Assembly: GCA_030704615.1 (NCBI GenBank)
Contig: CM060731.1
Location: forward strand, 63,178,001 to 63,242,000
Direction of reading: 5' to 3'
Origin: Takakia lepidozioides
Lineage: Eukaryota; Plantae; Bryophyta
DNA length: 64,000 nucleotides
Shown here piece by piece: positions 25,355-36,656 of the stretch. The first letter of the stretch is position 1; each line of letters starts with the position of its first letter. Made by a program: the position numbers and the translations under genes. Under the pieces are notes generated by a model, which made no database searches, was not told the DNA's origin, and saw only the letters and a list, made by a program, of their open reading frames with translations.

Positions 25355-25919
25355 TGACACATGAAATGCACACAAAAAGAACCTCTAACTTGTGCCATTC
25401 ATTTTCATGTATGTGACATGTAATTATCTTGTTACTACTTTATTCCAAACATGACACATATGCATTTGTTAATACAGATGTTCTTATTTTGGTTAAAATG
25501 GAACTTGTGTACCTGTCATACAGGTTTTCAAATTAATTTTTTCTCAAACATGACACATGCATTTGTTAGTACAAAAGTCCATATTTTGGTTAATATGAAA
25601 CTGTTTTCCTTGAATACAAGTTTGCTTTGGCCAAGGATCTTGTATTCTCTTCAGTTTAAGGTGGTGCATTAGTTGGAGTTAAGGGTCACATGCATCTTTG
25701 ACCATTGACTATTGATTTTGTTAGCTAAGAAAAATATATTTTTCTATATACATATGATGTAACATTTGCATATGCAATAAATACGTCGTATTCTATGTTA
25801 TATAACTCCACTGCATACAATCTACAATGTGTGCATACAAATTTGTCACATGCATATATAATAAGGGATTTTGTGCATGCATGCATGCAACCTATGCATA
25901 TGGAATAGCAAACCCCCAC

Positions 25920-27304
25920 CACCATCAACATACCAGCAGGTACTCTCATCCGTGGCTCTAGATTGAACCTTGTATGTTGTGCTCATTTTGACCTCTGGAA
26001 ACATACTCTCCGCTTGATTTGCTTGACTTGTCTCTGCTATCTTCCTCTCAGGACACTCGCGCTCCCAATGTCCCGGTCTTCCGCAGCAATGACAATGTGT
26101 TCGTTTCTTCAATTCTTCAATTCTTTTTTTTTCTCCTAACGTTGTGCATACGTCAATCTTGGCTTACCATCACGGCTTCCGTTGCCATTCACATTATTTG
26201 ACCGACCAGTAAAGAAAGCCTTATCTCCCGCTTCGTCGACTGCTCCTCGCTCTTTGTTCAGAATTTTTTCTTTCAGCAGTCTAACGGTGAGTTTCTCAAT
26301 CGTTTGCTCATCCCTCGGAACACTGTCCCAGGCTGAGATCATGTGCCGGTACGAAGGAGGTACATTGCAAATAATCTTCGTGATTATTGCTCGATCTGTT
26401 GTGGCCTCCCCCAAATCATTAAGTTGGCACGCCATGGACTCAATTGTGCTAATGTGTCCAACCACATCGTCACCATCACTCATCTTGTGTTCAAAACTTT
26501 TTTGCTGCAGCAAATGAATATTTTCACTTGCACGCTACTCATGGACGGTAATGAGACGACTCCACATCTCTGTTGATGTCTTGCATGCAATAAGTTGCTG
26601 CATATGCTTCTTGTCTACATACCTACAGATGTACAAAGAAACACGGTTATCCTTGTCATCCCAATCATCTTGGTCCAATGCCTCTCCTCTCAACTCTATT
26701 CCCTCAACAACGAGTAAGAGCTTCTTTGCTCTGAATAGCACTTGCATCTGGAACTTCCATAATTGGAAGTTGTCTCCCGTGAACTTCTCAATACTCGTCA
26801 CGTCCTTAGGATCTGTGTTCTTTGCTGACGCCATTTTTCTCTTCCCTACTTCTATAAAAGAAAACTTCTCACCCAGTCAATAAGCAACGCGGCTCTAAGC
26901 GACTGTGGCCCATAACCTGTTGAAAATGAAATTGCTGATTACAATACTCACTCCAAATTTGCAGAGGTACAATAAGCTATCAAGAATCTCTCAAGTACTC
27001 AGAAGTACACATGCTAGCTTTTAGACAATTCACAATGCTCACATTCCTGTAGACAGAGCGATCTCCATACTCTGGACTCAACTACAACTAGTATACGTGA
27101 AAAACAAAACGCACTCAGAATTAGTGCTCAAGAAGCTAAGTCACTACAAGCGGGAAATATAAGATTCAAACTGTAGTCGTGGAACGTGATGCCAGCAAGG
27201 ATTGATAGATGTCACTGTAACGTCCTAGTTGGCATAGAAAGCTAAACTTAAATAACCGGCAATGGTCCAGATGGCAATGACGGACTGGATCTTCAAATTC
27301 AACA
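25920..27304 (-). mobile_element. Ty1/copia 5' fragment: LTR plus gag and start of protease
   Basis: LTR 26918-27304 with TGTTG...CAACA termini, followed on the minus strand by the PBS ggttatgggcc. gag IEKFTGDNFQLWKFQM, zinc knuckle CHCCGRPGHWEREC and WYVDGG, after which the element is truncated. Confidence 0.9.
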
Positions 27305-27760
27305 TTTCTGGATACTTTCCTGTTGTCACATTGGCAATATCATGTCAAAGTCACTCCAAACTATCATCAATCAGCTAACTTGCAGAATTCAACATGAAAA
27401 TTTAGGGCCGATTCTGATAAGAGGGAAAAACAGGGTGAAATGTTGAAGAATAGCAGTGCCTTGTTCATCAATTGTGCTGCTGCCGCTGCAGTTTCCAGTT
27501 GACGCATATTTCTTGTAGCTATTGATCCCCAGGGAATTGGAAGTAATCTTGTGTTTGAAATCCGGCCCTCTTGGATGAATCTGGACCTCTATCCCTGGTT
27601 CTTTAGCTATCCCTGCCTGTGTACCAATCATGAATACATCCTCAGCCTTGCTACTAGCAGCTGACATTGACGGCGTGAAGTTCTTCCAGCAAACACCCCA
27701 ACCCTACTTATTGCAGTAGTTCCGATTCTGAATTGCATCTACTTCTCTCTGTAGTCCAAC
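27305..27760 (-). pseudogene. Relic of a PDF-motif (OSB-like) gene
   Basis: cag|IHPRGPDFKHKITSNSLGINSY at 27580-27515 is homologous to 63646-63581. An upstream DYREK remnant lies at about 27757-27742. Confidence 0.6.
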
Positions 27761-29779
27761 CGGTATTACATGCTCTCTCTCCTTCCCTTCTTTCCCCTCC
27801 CCTCCTCCCGTGCCCTTTCCCTTATTCTCTCAATCCACCAAGAAGATCCATTTGCTTTAGGGCTACGCGTTGCTCCGCACTACTAGCAACAACTTCTCAG
27901 AACAATGTCTAGATAGATGGGCTTTATTCAAGTGTTGTGTGGTTATTTGATTTTCTATATCAGCCGGTTAGAGATGTTTAACTTTAACTTTGTGTTCACA
28001 TCCTCCGGTTCCGAGGTTTTGGAGCTTCTGATATCTTTATTTGGAAATTGGAATTACTAGGGGAGAAAACATAGAAATTTTTGTTTTTGAACCAGTAACT
28101 GTAGAAGAAGAGATTTTCCTATGAGCTCTTAGTTGCCACCACTACAAACTGCATATCGTACTTTATTGCAAATCAATGTTGCTTGCACGTTTGCTCTCAA
28201 GGCCCAATTTGTGGGCTCAAAATTTTCCATGCATGAACAATTTGGTTTGAGACACCCCAAGTGGACCTGAGACCTGTCCCCTTGTTACTCTCTTTAACAC
28301 CAGATCCAACATTTGTGAAACATGAATCCAAATCACTTTCTTTGATTGCCACGTCTGTTATTGCAACCTGCCTTCACTTCTATTTTGATCTTGTGTTAGT
28401 TGGCATCCAAAAGAGGAGATGCCTCTAATTGTATGGCTGCCCATATTGCGGCTTTCACATGTCGCTGCTGTGTTGGTGAAGACCCAACAGCAAAGCGCAC
28501 AGTGTACATACCCCCTAACACCTGCATATTACCACCACTCAGTCCCTTCACAAGGCCTACTACCTACGACCACACATATAAGCACAATTGCAAATGCTGT
28601 TCCCTTTTGACAGGGAAGAAAAAGCCCAGTCCCCCTCACTGCCCAGGAGTTTTAAGTAGTTGAATCTCTCTCCCAATCTCGTGTCCCTTGGCACTTTGTG
28701 GGGCCCCAAGACTTGTAAATATCTATCCCATTCTTTCTGTCTCCCTCCCTCCACCCACTCCCAGAAGGTCTGAGGTTAGGTTGCACATCTGAGTCATGTC
28801 ACATTCACTAGAAAATACTCCTTGACAGCTCCAACTATTACAGAACAAATCTTGCTAGTAGCATTTGAACTTCCAATATTGCAAAGGAGAGGAGTCTACC
28901 GTGTGGGTAACGAAGATGCTGCCTTTTCTGTTCAAAGCTTCTACCAAAGTTGAATTGAGAGTGTAGCCATAGTCTGGATCACTTGCAGGAGGTTTGAGAC
29001 GGAAGCACACTGACAAAAATGTTCGAGGTACCACGATCTATCCTCAAAGGCCCCATGAAGATGTATTATTTCCATTTTGTAATCACATCCACACTTGATT
29101 AGTGGGACTTGAGGAAATGATCACCTCCTATTCAAGTGCCGACATCACTCTATGTCCAAAGAAGCTTCCAGTCCGTTGCTCTTGTGGAAAGCTCCATGGG
29201 ATTGGGGGCATGATGAAAACAAAATCTAAAAACAAAGTACCCAGTCATGGACCCATTGGCATTTGCTCCATAGATCCACCCAGTCCTACAGTCATGTAGT
29301 GCATTTATAGTTTTTAACATGTCAGTGTCAGTGAAGAATGGGCAGGCAAGAAATAACCTCATATCTGGAGTCTGCCTGCACAAGGCTTCAAAGCACTCAG
29401 CGTTAATTTATGTGATCTCTGATGTAAGACCGCAAGCCTGATACGCCATGAAGACGCAATACCATCCACAGTTGTAGAGACCTGTATCAAAAGTCTTAGC
29501 CAATTGTTGAGACGGGGTCAGAATCTTACCCGAGAATTATTTTGGCCACTGGTCGCAGCATTACATGTTCAAATGGGCTTTCTGGATTTTAAAACATCCA
29601 TAAGCAATGGGTGGAACCTGTGCATTTTTGTGTTAGCAAGGAGTATGGGGTAAGGATCAAATCAGGGAAGCAACTCAAGCATGAGAAAAAAGAAGTTACA
29701 AGTCTTGGAGAGAGAGACCAATATGATTTAAACCTGAAACGGTGACCTAGTGGAATTTGCCAGTCTTTGTAATCCACAA

Positions 29780-32700
29780 CCAGATTTTCCTCTGATGCCT
29801 GCATCAAAATGTCATGTAGCAAAAGTGTTACATGGCACATCTACAAAAGTTTGAACATCTATATGTGGCACTATTACAGTTTTGTTGATGTCACCATGAA
29901 CCTCTTGTCCTTTATCCAGAGCTCCCAGGCTGGAACATGCATTGAGAACAGATATGAAGGTGACATTGTCAGGTGTCACCCCTTCCAGTATCATTTTCTC
30001 ATACATCTTGAAAGCCTCGCTGCCACAACCATGTTGACCATATCATGTGATCGTTGTACTCCAAGAGACCACATCACGTGCATCCTTTGTACTCCCTCAT
30101 TTGGCATACATGTCAGTAAGGGCGGTCTCCAGCGTTCCATGACACCAAATGTCGTTCAGCCATATTGCTGAATACTCCCTCCGCATCCTCAATGCTCCCA
30201 CATTTGGCATACATGTTGGAAGTAATTAAACATATCTAGAAGACTAAGAGTCTTGAAGGCCAAAGGTTTAAAAATCTAAGAGACTATCTTGTTTAACTCA
30301 CCTTGGGAAGGTGAATGGCTAGAAGGTGGATGGTCACCATAGTGGAAGTGGAAGTGACCAAGTAGGACTTTCTAGAGACCTTCTTGTACAAGCTCGGGGG
30401 TGAAGCCACTAGTCTAAGTGTAAGAGTATGATGGTGGTTTCTATGGTTGGGAGGAGAGCTTTAGTTTTAGTTTTAGTCTAAGACTTTAGTTCTTGTTCAT
30501 GTTCTTGCTCAATTCTAACATGGTATCGGAGCCATTCTTCTCTAGGTGAGAGTTGGTAGTTGAGATTGAGAGAACTTGATTATGGCTAGAGTGTCGTCTT
30601 CTAGCAATCCTCCTTCTATGTCTATGACGATTGCATTAGATGTAAGAGTGGAAGATCGATTCAATGGAGCTAACTATCAAACCTGGAAGTTTAGGATGGA
30701 GATGGTCATTCTAGACAAAGATCTATGGGGAGTGGTTGATGGATCAGTCCCAAGACCTGACACTATTGTTGGCCAAGCCATATGGGATAGGAAAGATCAG
30801 AAAGCAAGAGCTAGCATCATCACAAGCTTGAGAGACAATCAGTTGCATCTCATTATAAGTGCTAAGAATGCTAAGGATGTTTGGGACAAGCTAGCAAGCA
30901 TATATGAGACGAAGGATGTCACATCGCAAGTGTATGCGACGCAAAAGTTCTATGGTCTGAAGATGATCGAGTCAGACTCAGTTGAACAACACTTGAATTT
31001 GTTTTGTGTGTTGCGAGATCAACTAGTTTCTGTGGGAACTAATGTGACTGATGAACACGCCGCAGTGGTGTTATTGGCAACCTTACCTGAATCCTATGAT
31101 GGTTTTGTGGTGTCTCTATATGACAAACCAACTTAACTATTGATGTTGTCATAGGTCTTCTCCTCAAGGAGGAAACAAGAAGAAAAGGTCAAGGTACGTC
31201 TACAGAGGTAGACAGAGCTTTGTTCACAAGCAAGACTGGAGTAGTCTTGAATAGAAGACTCCTTCACATATGTCTCAGAAGTCCCAGAGGTTTCAGAAAC
31301 CTCAATCTAGCTCAAAGATCAAAAAGGCCAAAGTGAGGTGCTTTTATTGCAAGAAACTTGGTCACATGATCAAGGATTGTAGAAAGCGCATTGCAGATGA
31401 GCGTAGTAGAGAGAGTCAAGGGAACATAGCTACTCATCAAAGGAATGCTATTCTATTTGTTGTGTCTCTCTCAGCCACTACTAGACAGAAGCATGTGTGG
31501 TATGTTGATTCATGAGCATCTCAACATATGAGTTCAGAGAGAGAGCATTTCTTATCATATAGATCTCTTTCACCTACACAATATGTTCTTTTGGGAGATG
31601 ATAACAAGCATGTCATTGGTGGGGAAGGCTCAGTCTCTCTTATGCTCAATGAAGGGGAAACCATAGAGGTGGAAAATGTCCTACATGTCCCTACTTTAAC
31701 AAAGAACCTGCTGTCTGTAAGGCAAATTGTTGCAAAGGGATACAGAGTGGTATTCCAAGATGAGAGTTGTACTATCACAGATAGCTCAGGAGCTGTGGTA
31801 GCAAGAGTTATTCTTGATAATTGCTTGTATAGATTACAACATCATGTCTCTAGTGCTCTTACCACATTTTCACCACAGTTGGGATCTACACCTGTCATGT
31901 CAGAAACAGAGTTGTGGCATAGAAGGTTAGGTCATGTGAGCATTAAGAAGTTGAGACAGATGCAACTCTCAAGCCATCTTGTGGAAGGACTACCATTGAA
32001 GGAGATGAGCGATATGCGTCTATGCAAAGGTTGCTTGGAAGGGAAGCAACATCGAGGTCAATTTCCTAAGGATGGTGGACGAAGAGCCACAAGTATATTG
32101 GAGATTGTACATTCTGATGTGTGTGGGCCAATGCAAACCACATCACTTGGAGGAGCAAGGTACTTTGTGACATTCATTGATGATTTGTCAAGGAGGGTTG
32201 TGGTGAATTTCCTAAGGCAGAAAAGTCAAGTGCTAGAGAAATTCAAGGAGTTCAAAGTACTTGCAGAAAAACAAACTGGAAAGCCTCTTAAGATTTTGAG
32301 ATCTGACAATGGTGGTGAGTACATCTCAAAGGTTTTCAATCAGTTTTGTCAAGAGAATGGAATAGCTCGACAGCTTACTGTTCCATATACACCTAAGCAG
32401 AATGGTGTAGCTGAGCGGATGAATAGATCACTACAAGAATCTGCAAGGAGTATGTTGAAAGAAGTGAATATTTCAAATCATTTTTGGGCAGAAGCTGTTG
32501 TTGGGAAAAACACCAGAAGAGGTATGGAGTGGTCAGAAGCCTAGTGTGGCTCATTGTAGGATTTTTGGATGTCGTGCATATGTCCATATCCCTACTCAGA
32601 AGCGAAGAAAACTTGACTCCAAATCAGACGGATGCATCTTCATTGGCTACACAGAAGGTGTGAAGGGATATAAGTTGTTCAATGAGACAACTAAGGTTGT

Positions 32701-35027
32701 CAAACACAGTAGGGACGTAGTGTTTGATGAAGGCTTCATACCCTCTTTGGTAGTGGGATAAGATGACATGGGAATGAGCTTAGAGCCATTACACCATTTC
32801 CAAGAGGAGTCTTATGAAGAGCCAATACAAGAGATGGCTGAAGCAAATGATGGAGGTGTTCAACTTGATGGAGTTGATCAAGGAGTCGAAGTTGGTGAAC
32901 CACTTGTTGATATGGACTCTAGAGATGAAGTTGAAGATGTGCCAATTCTAAGGAGATCTCAGCAGGAAAGAAAAAGCTCATAGTAGGCTGATTACATCTA
33001 TGAGTGCCATTGAAGCTATGGAAGAAGCATCACAAGTGGTTGAACCTGCTACATATGAGGAAGCGATGCGCTCTCCAGACAAACTACAATGGAAAGAAGC
33101 AATCAACTCAGAGTTGGATTCATTGATGCAAAACAAAGCATGGACACTCACTAGGTTGCCTGCAGGACGAAGAGCCATTGGTTGCAAGTGGATCTTCAAG
33201 TTGAAGTATAAAGCTGATGGATCTATTTACCGGTACAAAGCTCGTCTTGTAGCTAAAGGCTATGCACAAATTCAAGGAGTGGATTACAATGAAACCTTCT
33301 CACCAGTGGTGAAGATTTCTTCTATCAGAGTGTTGTTAGCTCTTGCAGTTCAACATGATCACGAAGTTCATCAAATGGATGTTAAGACCGCATTTCTGAA
33401 TGGAGAACTACAAGAAGAGATCTACATGAGACAACCTGAAGGGTTTGTACAAGGAGGAAGTGATTTTGTATGGACTCAAACAAAGTCTTCGAGCTTGGTA
33501 TGCTAGGATCGATGCTTACCTCTTAAAGGCAAGATTTGAGCGAAGCATTGCTGACACAAACATCTATGTGAAAAAGATGGGAGAGCAATTTGTGGTCATA
33601 GTTCTATATGTGGATGACACAATCACTGTCACCAACGATCATCAAAGGTTGTTGCCAGAAACCAAAGCACTATTGAGTGCTGAGTTTGCCATGACTGACA
33701 TGGGTGAGATTCAGTTCTATCTTGGTATTCAAATCAGCAGAGATCGAGTGAACCATACAGTATTCATGCATCAACGACAATACATTGAGACAATTCTACA
33801 AAGGTTTAAGTTGGAGATGAGTAAGCCAACATCAACTCTTCTCGAAGTTGGTTTGAAACTTACGAAGGATATGACACCTAAGACTCAAGAAGAGCAAGAA
33901 GATATGAGGAAAATTCCTTATCAAAGCGAAGTCGGCAGTTTGATGTATTGCATGGTTTGTACTAGGCCAGACATTGCACATTCAATGGGAGTGGTCCCAC
34001 AATTTCTTTCAAATCCTGGACAAACCCATAGGAAAGCAGTGAAGAGGATATTTCGATATCTAAGAGGAACATCAACCTCTGGTCTACTCTACAAGAGAGT
34101 GGAAGATCCAAGTTTGTTGGGGTTTGCTGATGCTGACTGGGTAGGAGACGTTGATATTAGAAAATCAACTTCAGGCCATTGTTTTCTCCTAGCAGGTGGG
34201 GCTGTATCTTGGTCTAGCAAACGACAAGTTGCAACAACGTTGTCATCAACAGAAGCTGAATACATGTCCATTACACAAGCAGCAAATGAGGCTATTTGGT
34301 TACGGAAGTTGCTTGGAGATTTGGATCATCTCCAATCACTACCTACGACTCTCTATTGTGACAATCAAAGTGCGATTGCACTAAGTCAGAATCCGAAGTA
34401 TCATTCAAGGACGAAGCACATTGAAGTGCAACATCACTACATATGGGAAGTTGTATGCAAGGGAGAGATCAAGATGATCTATTGTGCTATAGGAGATATG
34501 GTTGCGGATGTTTTGACGAAGAGTCTACCACAAACAAAATACATGAAGTGTTCAGCCTTACTTGGTGTCTCTTCTCCAAAGACAAACGAAGTAGCTCAAT
34601 GATATGGTTTAATTGAGTGGGAGTGTTGGAAGTAATTAAACATATCTAGAAGACTAAAAGTCTTGAAGGCCAAAGGTTTAGAAGTCTAAGAGACTATCTT
34701 GTTTAACTCACCTTTGGAAGGTGAATGGCTAGAAGGTGGATGGTCACCATAGTGGAAGTGGAAGTGACCAAGTAGGACTTTCTAGATACCTTCTTGTACA
34801 AGCTCGGGGGTGAAGCCATTAGTCTAAGTGTAAGAGTATGATGGTGGCTTCTATGGTTGGGAGGAGAGCTTTAGTTTTAGCTTTAGTCTAAGACTTTATG
34901 TTCTTGCTCAATTCTAACAATACATGTCCACAAGGGTATTGTTCAGAATCACATCGGGTACAATTCCAGATTTGACGATGCAACCATGGACCTCTTTGCC
35001 CTTTTCCAGGGCTGCCAGGCTTGCCAC
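29780..35027 (-). pseudogene. PLS-class PPR gene relic interrupted by a copia element
   Basis: PPR motifs GVTPDNVTFISVLNACSSLGALDKGQEVH and ALEKGKEVHGCIVKSGIVPDVILNNTLVDMY|AKCGSIEDA. The copia insertion splits DMY-AKCG. Confidence 0.88.
30214..34919 (+). mobile_element. Full-length, inactivated Ty1/copia LTR retrotransposon
   Basis: LTRs 30214-30520 and 34624-34919 (TGTTG..TAACA), TSD ATACA, PBS TGGTATCGGAGC and PPT gagtgggag. gag, CFYCKKLGHMIKDC, WYVDS*AS, integrase (HSDVCGP, RSDNGGEY), RT (QMDVKTAFLNG, LYVDD) and RNase H (ADADW, SSTEAEY). Several stops and frameshifts. Confidence 0.97.
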
Positions 35028-35032
35028 ACAGA

Positions 35033-35110
35033 AATGACGACGATGACGTGGCTGACGACGATGACGTGTTTATGATGACGTGTTGACGATGACGTGGCGA
35101 TGATGACGAG
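35033..35110. repeat. Short imperfect gatgacgtg/gatgacga repeat tract
   Basis: Four copies of GATGACGTG interspersed with gacgat/gatgac units within about 80 bp, abutting the broken PPR fragment. Confidence 0.7.
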
Positions 35111-35695
35111 GCACTATGGCACCCTATATCTGCTCTACGCTAAAGTAGCTCTAGACCTGCGGTTGTCGCTAGAATAAAAGGGAACCGAGGTAAGAGGGGT
35201 TGGGGAGGATTTGACAGGCCCCCCCCCCCCCCCGCCGGAGGGGGCCTGATTTGTGATCTGCGCTCCTAGGTGTTTCCCTTAGAAAAAAATAAAAAATAAA
35301 GGCTGTGTCACCTGGGAAATATCCTTGATATTTTCAAGAAATTATATTGCATACCTGTAGCCAGGAGGTAGGATCCAGGTGGACATTGTACTTGTCGCCA
35401 CCTCTGCACTTAACCACAAGAAAATATCGCCACGTCCACGCCCAGTTATAAATGGAAAAAAAAAAAAAAGGCTGGCCGGACAAGCCTTGGCTGCCGGAAT
35501 CCAGCAAAAGTATCTTCAGATCACACGCCACATTCAATTCTTACATTATTCCTATTGTCTTCCTACCCAATCTTGTCTAAAAGGAGAAGTTGGCCAACAT
35601 CATGAGGTACATTTCTTTGGACATTGGACTCCATTGGATTAAAACAATTTCCCCAAGTCAGTATCTAGGTTCCCATAATATATGGTTTTCATCTG

Positions 35696-36656
35696 TACGC
35701 AGACGAAGAATCGGAGAACAAAGATGCACATGAATTTTGAACCTCTCTGATCCATCGTGATGATTTTTGCAGTTTCAGGCTGCTCTCTTCATAGCATGAC
35801 CTCTAAATGGATCTGTAGTTTTTTGGGTTGATGTGGATCCTGGTTGCTGGGTTGTGTAGTTAGATCCCCCATTCAGATACGGCATCACCAGTTTTGTAGA
35901 GAATGTGAAAAAGGATCGATCCTTCTCGTTGTGACAGGTCACAACTTCAATTGCTGTCGGTAGCAGTTTCAGATTGGGGGAACCATCCAACCTCCATAAT
36001 TCCTCTATATTCTATTTTGGCATAATTAACCCGTGAAGCACTGGATTGTGCGGTGGTCAGGATGATGCTTCCCTCAGTGCTATTCAGCACCCATAACACA
36101 TGGGAGAGGACTGCAGGATACTCTCATTGACATATTTCCATTTTTTCGCAAAACAGGACATATTGTTTCCAAATAAAAGACTGCGCGTTCCACAGTCACA
36201 CCTCAAAACCAGCAGTTAAATGTGTGCATCACCAAGGTTATTATACTTAGAACATGGTAAAAGCTCTGCAGAACTTGGCACACCACAAATTACCTTACCT
36301 AGAAAATATGAAGTTTAGTAGCCATCTCGGGGAGGAGTAAACTTCACTTTAGGAGGATATTTTCTAGGAGGGGGGACATGTCCGGCAGGTCCTGCAGGTT
36401 TGGGCTCTTCCGCCGCATATTTTCTAGGAGGTGGGACCTGTCCTGCAGAGTTCGCCTCTTCCACTGGATAGCTAGGAGGGGGGATCTGTGCTGCATAATC
36501 CTCTTCCACCACAACCCCTTCCACCACATCCACCACACCTGAGCTGTTAACACCTGCAAACTTCAGCTCGCCAGAAAGGCCCTCAGCCATCATGCATCTC
36601 ATAGACCCCTCGTCCAAACTCGGCAGGATTGTCAGGTTGCCAATAACAGAAAAGAG
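35696..36656 (-). pseudogene. Duplicated HSP90 last exon and 3' flank (pseudo-exon)
   Basis: Homologous to about 47716-48668. The acceptor is changed from CAG to CAA and a 4-bp insertion (gcat) frameshifts YEMMA. Confidence 0.88.

Noticed and set aside
29100-29500. YNCGWYC resembling a Ulp1 protease or transposase Cys motif
   Set aside because: It is a single short motif in a stop-interrupted frame and cannot be assigned.
35033-35110. Cluster of TGACGTG (G-box/as-1-like) motifs as an enhancer
   Set aside because: There is no adjacent intact gene start, and a repeat-element end or simple repeat is the simpler explanation.
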